Sequence record: PX423614.1
DNA length: 64,000 bases
Reading direction: 5' to 3' (one strand)
Origin: a phage
The translations under genes and the position numbers were made by a program. Shown here in pieces: positions 10,079 to 18,677 of this stretch (position 1 is its first letter; each line of letters begins with the position of its first letter). The notes below the pieces were generated by a model that was not told where the DNA came from, searched no databases, and saw only the letters and a program-made list of their open reading frames with translations.

Positions 10079-10276
10079 ATGAAAAAGATTCTATTTTTCC
10101 TCTCCTTATTCAGTGTGTCAGCGATCGCCGCTGATGAATGCATCTCTAAAGATTCAGGGAGAGGTCAAATCATAACTCAATGCGGCAGCCATGTAACAGT
10201 TGTCGATTCTATAACTCAAACAGTTCTCGTGTGTAACGGGACTTCTTGTACAAAAGAAATTTTAAACAAAAGGTAA
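10079..10276 (+). CDS. small secreted cysteine-rich protein (65 aa)
   Basis: N-terminal signal-like MKKILFFLSLFSVSAIAA; six Cys in mature part. Confidence 0.45.
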   Translation: MKKILFFLSLFSVSAIAADECISKDSGRGQIITQCGSHVTVVDSITQTVLVCNGTSCTKEILNKR

Positions 10277-10280
10277 TGTA

Positions 10281-10712
10281 ATGTCTGATAAAGTATTAGT
10301 TGCAACGTATGGTTCTCTTCGTAAAGGTCAACACAACCACGCTATCAATGCTCGTGCAGGTGGTGTGTCTATTGGTGAAGGGTGGACAGTAAACAACTGT
10401 AACCTGTATCAGTATTGCACAGCATACTTCCCAAGTGTATCTTTGGAGCATGACAGCAATGGTAAGCCTGTTCGTGTAGAAGTCTTTGAAACAACCCAAG
10501 CTGGTCTGGAAGGTCCGTATGACGGTCTGGAAGGTCATCGTGGTAATGATAACCCATACACCTTTTACAAGCGTACACTGATTCCAGTATTATTGGACAG
10601 CGGTGAAACTGTGGAAGCGTGGATTTATCACATCGACGAAGAACAAGATGTTCTGGTTGAATCTGGTGACTGGACAGCATATCTGGCAGGTGAGAAGGAT
10701 GACAGTAACTGA
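10281..10712 (+). CDS. gamma-glutamyl cyclotransferase-like (AIG2/GGCT fold) protein
   Basis: N-terminal YGSLRKGQHNH matches the YGSL-x-x-G-x-x-NH signature of GGCT/AIG2-like enzymes. Confidence 0.5.
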   Translation: MSDKVLVATYGSLRKGQHNHAINARAGGVSIGEGWTVNNCNLYQYCTAYFPSVSLEHDSNGKPVRVEVFETTQAGLEGPYDGLEGHRGNDNPYTFYKRTLIPVLLDSGETVEAWIYHIDEEQDVLVESGDWTAYLAGEKDDSN

Positions 10713-10905
10713 CAGGCAGAAGTTAAGAAAGCTGGAATCTGACTACTTGAAGATGCGGTGGAAGATTAATCGTTATGAAAAGTTTGTCAGTATGCTCACA
10801 CCTGATAAGCACTCTGAAGAATTTATTCACAGAACAAAGCAAACCTTGCAGGGTTTTAGAAACTTGCAAGATGATGTGTGGGAAGAAATACGATCGTTTT
10901 ACTAA
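10699..10905 (+). CDS. hypothetical small protein (68 aa)
   Basis: ATG at 10699 preceded by GAGAAGG; in frame with track ORF 10603..10905. Confidence 0.35.
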   Translation: MTVTDRQKLRKLESDYLKMRWKINRYEKFVSMLTPDKHSEEFIHRTKQTLQGFRNLQDDVWEEIRSFY

Positions 10906-10940
10906 GAAGATTGCTCAAGGAATTCCAAGGAGGATAGAGC

Positions 10941-12731
10941 ATGTCAAAGATCATTTTGGGAGACACAGGCTGTAAAGAGTGTATCTCTCATGGTCGTGAT
11001 AAGACCCGCAATCACATGATTCTCTTCCGAAATGAAGAGTCCGGTGAGGAGTGGGGTTCATGTAACAGATGTGGTGCGTATGAAATCTTCGAGAAAGGAA
11101 TGACGCCCACTCCTAATGAAAAGAAAGAGCTGTCCCCTGAAGAACTCCGAGAAGTCTTAGACGATTGCTTAGAGCTTCCTCAGGGAGAGTTGACCCGTCG
11201 CTTAATTCCTAAAGCTGTATCTGAACGCTATGGATGCCGTATTGGTTTAAGTCAAACAGACGGTCAAACTCCTGACAGCTACTTCTTCCCTCGCGAACGT
11301 GATGGGAATATTGTTGGATATGAAGTAAAACTTCTAGACAGCAAGAAATTCTATTATGTAGGTAATGTGAAAGAAGCCGACTTATTTGGTATGGCTCAAG
11401 CACAACGTGGCGATGTTTACAATAAGAAGCTCTTCATCTTTGAAGACCCACTCTCTTGTATGTCTGGATTCCACGTACTTACTGCGTTCACAAACGCAAC
11501 TAATATCAAACCTGCTTGTGTCTCTCTTCCGTTCGGTGCAGGTTCAATCTCTTCTGTGTTGTCAAGAAATCGTGATTTTATTAATGGTTTCGAGGAGATT
11601 GTACTCTGCATGGACAATGATGATGCAGGCGAGATTGCATTGACTAAAGGTCGTTCTCTGTACCCACATGTCAAGTTTGCAAGAATTCCAAAAGGTACGT
11701 TTACTTACAACGGACAGGAAAAGGAAATCAAAGATGCAAACGACATGTTACTGGCAGGGAGAGGTCAAGAGCTTTTCAATAATCTGAAGTATTCAGCTAA
11801 GCGGGAATCTCCTGCTGGAGCTGTTACAGTTTTTGATTGTCTTGAAGACGCTCTGAAGAAAGCGGAATGGGGTATCCCTTATCCGTGGAAAACTCTCAAT
11901 GACATGACCTTTGGTATTCGTTGGGGGGAGATGGTTGCAATCGGCGGTGGTGTTGGTTCAGGTAAAACCTTAATCGCACACGAACTGGTAGCATGGCTTT
12001 GCCTTGAGCATGGTTTTAATGGTGGTGGCTTCTTCTTGGAAGAGAAGGTAGGCATGTCTGTTAAGAACATTGCTGGCAAGTCTGCATCTGTTCCATTTCA
12101 CCGACCGGATGTTGAGTATGAAGAAAGTCAGCTACGAGATGAAGCACTTCGATACGCTGATAAGTTTTTCTTGTACGACAACTTTGGACAGAATGAGTGG
12201 GAAGACATTAAGCAGTGTATTCGCTTTTGGGTAGTTGAGAATCAATGTAAGTTTATCATCCTTGATAACATCACTGCATTGGTATCTCACTTAACTCCAT
12301 CCGAAGTGAATACAGAAATCAGTAAGATTGCTTCAGAGCTTGCTGGTATGTGTAAGGAATTAGACTTCACTGCTTTTGTGTTATCTCACTTGAATGCTCC
12401 GGCGGGCGGTGCCCCTCACGAAGAAGGTGGTCAGGTTAAAGAAGTACAGTTTACTGGCTCACGTTCATTAATGCGCTGGTGTCAATGTATTATCGGTTTC
12501 GAACGTAATAAACAAGCGGATGGGTTAGGTAAAAACTTGTCAATCATACGTCTGCTCAAAGAGCGTAACTATGGACAGACGGGGGTTTGCTATACCAAAT
12601 ATATTAACGAAACAGGTCGTCTTGTAGAACGAGAAGATCATGAAGTTGATGAAGATAATCCGTTTACAGTCACCAACGGAGAAGATGCAGCTTCCTTACT
12701 TTCACAAGAAGGGGAGGCACGTCCGTGGTAA
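10941..12731 (+). CDS. DNA primase/helicase (T7 gp4-like: zinc finger, TOPRIM, SF4 DnaB-like helicase)
   Basis: N-terminal CxxC...CxxC zinc finger; central TOPRIM-like acidic motifs (EDPLS, DND); Walker [10 protein letters not shown]; RBS AAGGAGG upstream. Confidence 0.85.
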   Translation: MSKIILGDTGCKECISHGRDKTRNHMILFRNEESGEEWGSCNRCGAYEIFEKGMTPTPNEKKELSPEELREVLDDCLELPQGELTRRLIPKAVSERYGCRIGLSQTDGQTPDSYFFPRERDGNIVGYEVKLLDSKKFYYVGNVKEADLFGMAQAQRGDVYNKKLFIFEDPLSCMSGFHVLTAFTNATNIKPACVSLPFGAGSISSVLSRNRDFINGFEEIVLCMDNDDAGEIALTKGRSLYPHVKFARIPKGTFTYNGQEKEIKDANDMLLAGRGQELFNNLKYSAKRESPAGAVTVFDCLEDALKKAEWGIPYPWKTLNDMTFGIRWGEMVAIGGGVGSGKTLIAHELVAWLCLEHGFNGGGFFLEEKVGMSVKNIAGKSASVPFHRPDVEYEESQLRDEALRYADKFFLYDNFGQNEWEDIKQCIRFWVVENQCKFIILDNITALVSHLTPSEVNTEISKIASELAGMCKELDFTAFVLSHLNAPAGGAPHEEGGQVKEVQFTGSRSLMRWCQCIIGFERNKQADGLGKNLSIIRLLKERNYGQTGVCYTKYINETGRLVEREDHEVDEDNPFTVTNGEDAASLLSQEGEARPW

Positions 12732-13273
12732 AGAAACTGTATGCGTTTGATATTGAAGGTGATAACCTCTATGACGGTATTCAGAATGTCTGGTGTATAT
12801 GGATATTTGATGTACTGTCTGGAGAACGGTGGGGGTATCGCCCTCACCAAATTGAAGAAGCACTACACAAACTGAAAGAAGCTGATGTAGTAATAGGTCA
12901 CAATATTATTGATTTTGACCTTCCTGCTTTGTTTAAATTCTACTCTCATGTGATACCTTTTCGTTTTAATGTCTTTGATACCCTGTGCCTGAGTCGATAC
13001 CTCAAGCCTGACCGTATTGGTGACAGTCCAGAATACCCCAAAGGCGACCCTAGACATGGCCCTCGCGGTCATGGCCTCAAGCAATGGGGCGAATTTCTGG
13101 GAGAGCTGAAGGGTGATTATGGCGAACAGGAAGAAGCATGGGATGCATTCACTGAAGACATGTTCACATATTGTGAGCAAGACGTTAACTTGACAGTTAA
13201 GGTTTACATGTGTCTTTGCCAAATGGCAGGATTTGATTATAGAAATCCCCCATCTCTCAACTGGAAAATGTAG
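12725..13273 (+). CDS. family A DNA polymerase 3'-5' exonuclease domain, encoded as a separate gene
   Basis: Exo I FDIEGDNL, Exo [13 protein letters not shown], Exo III YCEQD motifs; 182 aa with its own stop. Confidence 0.7.
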   Translation: MVKKLYAFDIEGDNLYDGIQNVWCIWIFDVLSGERWGYRPHQIEEALHKLKEADVVIGHNIIDFDLPALFKFYSHVIPFRFNVFDTLCLSRYLKPDRIGDSPEYPKGDPRHGPRGHGLKQWGEFLGELKGDYGEQEEAWDAFTEDMFTYCEQDVNLTVKVYMCLCQMAGFDYRNPPSLNWKM

Positions 13274-13275
13274 AA

Positions 13276-14748
13276 ATGATTAAGATTCCATTGTCTGAAT
13301 TGAACCTTCAAGAAGGAGAAGCCCTCAGTGTAGGGCTTGACCTGATTCGTAATTTGATCAGAGATAACGTAGTCCCTGATGGCATCTATCCTGTTATTGC
13401 AGGTGGTGCTATCCGTGATACGTTCTTCCAAAATAGAACTCCGAATGATGTTGATATCTTCCTAGTTCAAGGAGGGTTTCGTTGGAACACTCGTCAGGAA
13501 AACAGCCCTGCTAACGTAGGTAATGCTGCACTTTTCCTTGACAACTTCTTATCTTGGACAGAAAGTAAGGGGCTTCAGGTTACATCTCGACTAATTCAGC
13601 CTGTTAACGGGACAACCTATGCTGAAGCGCTTTTCACTTTCCAAGAGATTCTGGAAATTGAGATTGATCAAGTTAAAATCCAGATGATGATTAATCTACC
13701 TTTGGATATGGATACTTTAAGCCGTCGCTTCCCTATGATCTGTCAAGGGTTTATGACTCTTGGTAATCTGTATGTGTCAAACGAAGGTTTGTTTGCAATG
13801 TCATACACTCGTGACATTCCTGTGGTATCTAGTCGTGAAATGAAGTACGTTCACAAGAAGTGGCCTGAAGCAACTGTTGCAGTTTATAGCAGTTCTACCG
13901 AATATATGCACCTTGCAATGGGAGCTTTCGGTGAGCCAGAAGTTCACCTGATTAGTGATTTAGTTGGACCTATGGCTGGTGTAAATTTATATCAGAATCA
14001 GCGTCGTCATTATACCCTGAAGATGATGGAAACTATATTAAACATTCCTCAGGAAAGGGGTCGTAGTTATCTGGACGAGGAAGTTAACCTACAGACAGAA
14101 TGGTCTAGTGGATTAACCACTATAGGTGCTGAAGCAATCACGCAGCCTTGGACTCCGGGAACTAACAGACGAGATCTTCAAGCTTTTAATGAAGAAACTT
14201 CTCGAACAGTTCGAGGAGGTGTTGTAGGGTATAACGTACAACCTCATGAAAGACCTCGTGACACTTTCACTGGCAGTTTTGGTAGTGCACGCTCTTCTGG
14301 AGTGGATACTCGTACATGGCATGTCCAAGGAGGAACTGCTCGTCCTATTCCCTCTCCGTCAATGGATGATTTGCAGCGTTCTCGTCGTTCATGGGAAACA
14401 GTAAGCTCTGTTGTTCAGGGTCTACGTGCTAGAGATATTGAACGTGTAGAAGTTGGTGATTTGCCAACCCCTACAGAAGATCGAGTATCAGCTATAGCGG
14501 CTCGTGAAGCTGCTCATATTGGTTTTGCATCATTAACTAATGACGCTAACGAAGCTCCTCGACCTGTTGGTCGTCGTAATGGTCTAGCTCACTCTGACAC
14601 TGCACTTGGTGCAGAACTACGAGCAGCAGCTCGTGAGCTATCTGGTGAGCTTCACAACAACCTAGCAGGTGTTACACTATCTCGTGAAACAGCTCGTAAT
14701 ATGATTAATAATTTGGCATCATCTGTACAAGGAAACAGAAACTCATGA
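13276..14748 (+). CDS. Pol-beta-superfamily nucleotidyltransferase (CCA-adding/poly(A)-polymerase-like head) with disordered R/S/G-rich C-terminus
   Basis: AGGAIRD-x13-DVDIF fits the G[GS]-x9-13-DxD nucleotidyltransferase motif; C-terminal ~200 aa low complexity. Confidence 0.5.
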   Translation: MIKIPLSELNLQEGEALSVGLDLIRNLIRDNVVPDGIYPVIAGGAIRDTFFQNRTPNDVDIFLVQGGFRWNTRQENSPANVGNAALFLDNFLSWTESKGLQVTSRLIQPVNGTTYAEALFTFQEILEIEIDQVKIQMMINLPLDMDTLSRRFPMICQGFMTLGNLYVSNEGLFAMSYTRDIPVVSSREMKYVHKKWPEATVAVYSSSTEYMHLAMGAFGEPEVHLISDLVGPMAGVNLYQNQRRHYTLKMMETILNIPQERGRSYLDEEVNLQTEWSSGLTTIGAEAITQPWTPGTNRRDLQAFNEETSRTVRGGVVGYNVQPHERPRDTFTGSFGSARSSGVDTRTWHVQGGTARPIPSPSMDDLQRSRRSWETVSSVVQGLRARDIERVEVGDLPTPTEDRVSAIAAREAAHIGFASLTNDANEAPRPVGRRNGLAHSDTALGAELRAAARELSGELHNNLAGVTLSRETARNMINNLASSVQGNRNS

Positions 14749-15278
14749 GTCTTTTAGGTTCTCAAGAATTACACAGCGTTATCGATAATGGCTTTTTAGA
14801 TGCGGAGCATAAATATGTTAACGCTGCTAGCGTGGATATCCGTATTGGTGATACTATCCTTGTTGAAGAACAGGCTGATGGTATTGTTGACATTGATGCT
14901 AAAGAAAACCTCAAGTGGAAAGAAGTGAAAATCCCTGAAGATGGCATTGTCATTACTCCGGGACAGTTCTTCTTAGCTCACTCTATGGAAGAATTTAACC
15001 TTCCAGACAATATTTCAAGTCTGTTTGTACTCCGCTCCTCAATGGCTCGTTGTGGTTTAAACCACTTACATGCTGGGTGGGCTGATGCAGGGTTTAACAG
15101 CAGTAAGCTAACCTTTGAGTTCCATAACGTTACCCACAATCACAGCTTACGAGTTCGTGCTGGGATGCGTGTTGGTCAAATGGTTATGTTTGAACACTCT
15201 CACGCTGGTGATGATTCCTATGCAGTGAAGGGTCGTTATAATAACTCTGATGGGGTTGTTGCTTCTAAAGGCGTATAA
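14745..15278 (+). CDS. dcd: dCTP deaminase / dUTPase-family protein
   Basis: SVDIRIGD, LRSSMARCGL, GWADAGFN and GMRVGQMV resemble Dcd motifs (VDVRLG, GRSSLARLGL). Confidence 0.7.
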   Translation: MSLLGSQELHSVIDNGFLDAEHKYVNAASVDIRIGDTILVEEQADGIVDIDAKENLKWKEVKIPEDGIVITPGQFFLAHSMEEFNLPDNISSLFVLRSSMARCGLNHLHAGWADAGFNSSKLTFEFHNVTHNHSLRVRAGMRVGQMVMFEHSHAGDDSYAVKGRYNNSDGVVASKGV

Positions 15279-15281
15279 TTG

Positions 15282-15494
15282 ATGGAGTTTGGAACAATGA
15301 AAAGACGTTGGGTAGTCCGCGTTCACTGGAGCAGTGGTACAGAATCAATGGGTATCAGAAACACTCGTCAAGAAGCTCGCGCTCATAAGAAGTTCTTATT
15401 AAGCTGCGAAAGTACTATTGACAAGATCACTATCCACAAAGCTCAGGACTTTAAATCAGGTCGTTTCTATATCAGCGGAAAGGTACATTACTAA
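15282..15494 (+). CDS. small basic protein, paralogue family A member 1
   Basis: W-x-V-x-V-x-W...TRQEAR...KITIHK...KVHY shared with three other ORFs. Confidence 0.5.
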   Translation: MEFGTMKRRWVVRVHWSSGTESMGIRNTRQEARAHKKFLLSCESTIDKITIHKAQDFKSGRFYISGKVHY

Positions 15495-15700
15495 TGGCTA
15501 AATTATGGGCAGTTCGTGTTAAATGGGCTAACAAAGATCTTGGTGGTGATTGTCTTAAACTGTTTGACACACGACAAGAAGCTCGTCTTGCTAAGAAAGC
15601 TACAAAAGCTTTAGGTCTCGCTGAAAAAGTAGAGATTCATCGTTGGTTTCAAAATGATAATAACAGTGCAGGATCCTTGACTAGCAAGGTTCATTACTAG
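15494..15700 (+). CDS. small basic protein, paralogue family A member 2
   Basis: Same pattern (WAVRVKW...TRQEAR...KVEIHR...KVHY); start overlaps upstream stop (TAATG). Confidence 0.5.
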   Translation: MAKLWAVRVKWANKDLGGDCLKLFDTRQEARLAKKATKALGLAEKVEIHRWFQNDNNSAGSLTSKVHY

Positions 15701-15770
15701 TTGGTAGTAGATATGATAACTCTCAAATGTATATACAGTATAAGAATATTGTATGAAACAGGAGAGAGTT

Positions 15771-16100
15771 ATGTTAGATTTGAGTAAAGTGGCCCCGCCA
15801 TCTGAAGAGATTAGCAAAGCTAAAGTTATGCAGCAGTTCTATCATCGTGATATGCTTGGTCGTTATATCAAGAATCGTGATGTTGTTGCATGGTCTATTG
15901 GAAATCAAGGTTATCTTCTCAAAGTGTTGCAAGTTACTGGCTCAACAGCCAAGCGAGTCAAAGTCTATGACCCTGAAATGGGGCGTTCTAAATCAGTAGA
16001 CCCTCAGAATTGCATTGTTATCACACAACAGGTCATGGATAACATTGCTCGTAATGTAGCTAATTCAACTAACTTAGAAGGGGATGCACCTAATGCATAA
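15771..16100 (+). CDS. hypothetical protein (109 aa)
   Basis: ATG at 15771 with RBS AGGAGAG; within track ORF 15753..16100. Confidence 0.5.
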   Translation: MLDLSKVAPPSEEISKAKVMQQFYHRDMLGRYIKNRDVVAWSIGNQGYLLKVLQVTGSTAKRVKVYDPEMGRSKSVDPQNCIVITQQVMDNIARNVANSTNLEGDAPNA

Positions 16101-16659
16101 TAATGTCTTCGACTTACCTGAACTAACACGAGTGGGTTCTAGCAACCCATTCTCTACTACTGACTCTTCTATCTCTCGTCTTGAGGGAATGAATAAACTG
16201 ATTAGCGGTAACAGCTTAGAACACATCTTGTGTGGTGTGCAAGCTAACCTTGAACTTCTACACATCAAAGCAAAGAACTACCACTGGAACGTCTCTGGAG
16301 CTGGTTTCCAAGGTGTTCATGGTATGTTCGATGAGTTAGAAGATTATGCTCGTGAGGCAGGCGACCGAATAGCAGAGCGTATGCGCTTTCACTGTGTTAA
16401 AGTGGATGCTACTGCTAGTAACTATTTAGGTCATGCTTGGTTCCGAGAAGGTAACGCTGATCTCGACATGGACGGTATGCTTTCCGACATGTGCATGACT
16501 CTGATGTGTATCATTGAAAAGATGGACGAGTTTGATTCAGACTTGTGCACTTATCCAGTTGACCAGAGTATGCTTCAAGAAATTAATGAAGGTCTTGGCA
16601 AGTTCTGCTACTTCGTCAAGAGCAACATGTCCCACTCCAGTGGTGACGTGTCTTACTAA
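16093..16659 (+). CDS. Dps-like ferritin-fold protein
   Basis: NLELLHIKAKNYHWNVSGAGFQGVHGMFDELEDYAREAGDRIAERM matches the Dps signature H-x-YHWNV-G-x-F-x-x-H...FEE...D-x-x-AERI. Confidence 0.6.
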   Translation: MHNNVFDLPELTRVGSSNPFSTTDSSISRLEGMNKLISGNSLEHILCGVQANLELLHIKAKNYHWNVSGAGFQGVHGMFDELEDYAREAGDRIAERMRFHCVKVDATASNYLGHAWFREGNADLDMDGMLSDMCMTLMCIIEKMDEFDSDLCTYPVDQSMLQEINEGLGKFCYFVKSNMSHSSGDVSY

Positions 16660-16722
16660 TCAAACCTCCGCCCTGTCTCTTTGTTTAAGAGGTGGGGCGA
16701 ACTTCTTTATAAGGATATGAGT

Positions 16723-16902
16723 ATGTTTTCAGCAATCGTATGGTCTGTATGGGCAATTCTTGTTGGTGGTATCGTTTATCTGGCTCAGAAGCAGATGCTT
16801 AAAGAGAATCCGAATGATGCTAAACCTATTAAACATGGCAGCATTGCTCTGGTAATTTTCTCTGTTGTTATTCCTTTCCTTCTCCACCTGTTGACTGCAT
16901 AA
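16723..16902 (+). CDS. small two-TM membrane protein (paralogue B1)
   Basis: ATG 16723 with AAGGA RBS; two hydrophobic segments flanking KENPNDAKPIKHG. Confidence 0.5.
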   Translation: MFSAIVWSVWAILVGGIVYLAQKQMLKENPNDAKPIKHGSIALVIFSVVIPFLLHLLTA

Positions 16903-16911
16903 GGGTTTGAT

Positions 16912-17100
16912 ATGATTTCACTGATTGTGTGGGCCGTGTGGTCGTTAATAGTTGGTACTGTTATATATATATAAAGCTCGAAATTTAGCAATTAAAGAAA
17001 ACCCAGCAGAAGAGGATGTTAAAGCTATCAAGCTAGGTAGTGTTGTTCTGGTACATTTTGCTATAACACTACCTCTTGTTATTATTCTTTGTATGCTATA
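16912..17100 (+). pseudogene. interrupted paralogue of the 16723 membrane protein; reading frame broken at a (TA)6 tract
   Basis: MISLIVWAVWSLIVGTVIYI then TAA inside TATATATATATA (16962-16973); downstream +1-shifted frame encodes KARNLAIKENPAEEDVKAIKLGSVVLVHFAITLPLVIILCML, homologous to the upstream gene. Confidence 0.45.
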
Positions 17101-17291
17101 AGGAATCCAAAGAGTGAAACTAAACCTACCTGAAGAATTACAAGCACATGCCATTATCGTTAGTGGCTGTGTGATGGGTCTTGGTCAGACAAAGAAGATT
17201 GCTCATGACTTAGCAAAAGGTCAGTATAAATCTTTTATTGTTGTTCCTGCTACCCAGCGTCATATCAACCTGTTTATTAACAAGGAATAGA

Positions 17292-17567
17292 ATGAGTAAA
17301 GTAATTAAGTTTTATAGTAATTCATGTGCTCCGTGTGCAGCTATGGCTCCTGTGTTTAAGAAGGTTGTGGCTGACTATAGTGTAGAAGTTGAAGAAGTAA
17401 ATATCTCTGAAGGTGATGGTCGAGAGCGAGCCGTTGAATATGGTGTTCGCAGTATCCCAGCCTTTGTCGTCCCTGATAAGAACAGTGGTGCTCATTATAG
17501 TTTATCAGGTATGCAAACTGAATCTAATCTCCGTGCATTTTTAGACACGGCTCTGAAAGGTATTTAA
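17292..17567 (+). CDS. thioredoxin-like protein
   Basis: CAPC active-site motif in thioredoxin context (KFYSNSCAPCAAMAPVF...IPAFVV); RBS AAGGAA upstream. Confidence 0.7.
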   Translation: MSKVIKFYSNSCAPCAAMAPVFKKVVADYSVEVEEVNISEGDGRERAVEYGVRSIPAFVVPDKNSGAHYSLSGMQTESNLRAFLDTALKGI

Positions 17568-17568
17568 T

Positions 17569-17784
17569 ATGGAAAAGAAACCTTGGATTACTTTTTGGGT
17601 AGTTAAGTGGTTTAATTTTGATAGCACAATCCCTAGCCTCTCCTCGTACACAACACGGAGAGAGGCTCGCCGCTTTAAGCGAGCTTTAAAAATTGCTAAC
17701 ACTGGTGCTTCTAAGATCACAATCCAGAAAGGGATTGAAACAGAAAGTGGAAGCAATCTGATTTATAAAAAGATTTACTATTAA
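17569..17784 (+). CDS. small basic protein, paralogue family A member 3
   Basis: WVVKW...TRREARRFKRALK...KITIQK...KIYY. Confidence 0.5.
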   Translation: MEKKPWITFWVVKWFNFDSTIPSLSSYTTRREARRFKRALKIANTGASKITIQKGIETESGSNLIYKKIYY

Positions 17785-17799
17785 AGAATAGGTGCTATT

Positions 17800-18012
17800 A
17801 TGACTCAAGGAAAAGATGTGTATTTTTGGGCTGTTGTTTCTGAATATCCAGAGATGGAGTATCCAAGGGTTAACACGTGTGCTACTCGTAAAACTGCACG
17901 ATGCACTAAACGTGCCCTCAAGAAGATGGGTCGTGATTCGAAGATTTCAATCCACCGTGCATATATGACAGCAGCGGGTTTCATTGTAGTAACACCAAAA
18001 GTTTATTATTAA
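17800..18012 (+). CDS. small basic protein, paralogue family A member 4
   Basis: FWAVV...TRKTARCTKRALK...KISIHR...KVYY. Confidence 0.5.
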   Translation: MTQGKDVYFWAVVSEYPEMEYPRVNTCATRKTARCTKRALKKMGRDSKISIHRAYMTAAGFIVVTPKVYY

Positions 18013-18026
18013 GGAAGAGTTCAAGG

Positions 18027-18677
18027 ATGAATGAACAATTACAAGCAACACTAATTGAAGCAATGGGAAATGACAAAACCGTTGTTAACGCAGCTCGGGT
18101 TTCTTTTGGAGTCACTCGTGAAGGAGAGTTAAATGAACGTGATGAACGCCTTATCAAATTCCTTGCCAGAGAAAAACACTGTACACCATTCCGTCATCCG
18201 ACAATTAGCTTCCGATGCAAAGCGCCAATCGCAATTGCGAGGCAGCTGGGCAAGCATCAAGTTGGATTCTCGTGGAACGAAATGTCCCGGCGGTATAAAG
18301 ATGGAGCAGTTGAACTCTTCATCCCTAAAGAGATTTTTGAAAGACCTTCGGACCTCCATGCAGGTGCGGGGAATCTCCTCACCACAGGAGCACAAAACTC
18401 TGCACTAGTCCTGATTAATCGGGCATATGAAACAGCTCTTGAGTCATATGATGAGTTGATTAAGTTCATCGCTCCAGAGCAAGCTCGATTCGTACTACCT
18501 CAGGGAATGATCACTGAGTGGGTGTGGACAGGCTCTTTATATGGTTGGTCAGAGTTGTGTCGTCAGCGACTGTCCGACCATGCTCAGTATGAAGTACGAG
18601 TGTTCGCATCAACGGTCGATGAAGAGCTTCGTAAACTTTTCCCAATCTCATGGGACGCACTACGTGAAGCCCACTAA
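18027..18677 (+). CDS. thyX: ThyX-like flavin-dependent thymidylate synthase family protein with variant signature
   Basis: HCTPFRHPTISF and KHQ-x8-S...RRY resemble the ThyX H-x-S-P-F-EH and RHR-x7-8-S motifs, but RHR is replaced by KHQ. Confidence 0.5.
   Translation: MNEQLQATLIEAMGNDKTVVNAARVSFGVTREGELNERDERLIKFLAREKHCTPFRHPTISFRCKAPIAIARQLGKHQVGFSWNEMSRRYKDGAVELFIPKEIFERPSDLHAGAGNLLTTGAQNSALVLINRAYETALESYDELIKFIAPEQARFVLPQGMITEWVWTGSLYGWSELCRQRLSDHAQYEVRVFASTVDEELRKLFPISWDALREAH

Noticed and set aside
18027-18677. Confident call of canonical ThyX thymidylate synthase
   Set aside because: The substrate-binding RHR motif is replaced by KHQ, so function is left open as ThyX-like rather than assigned
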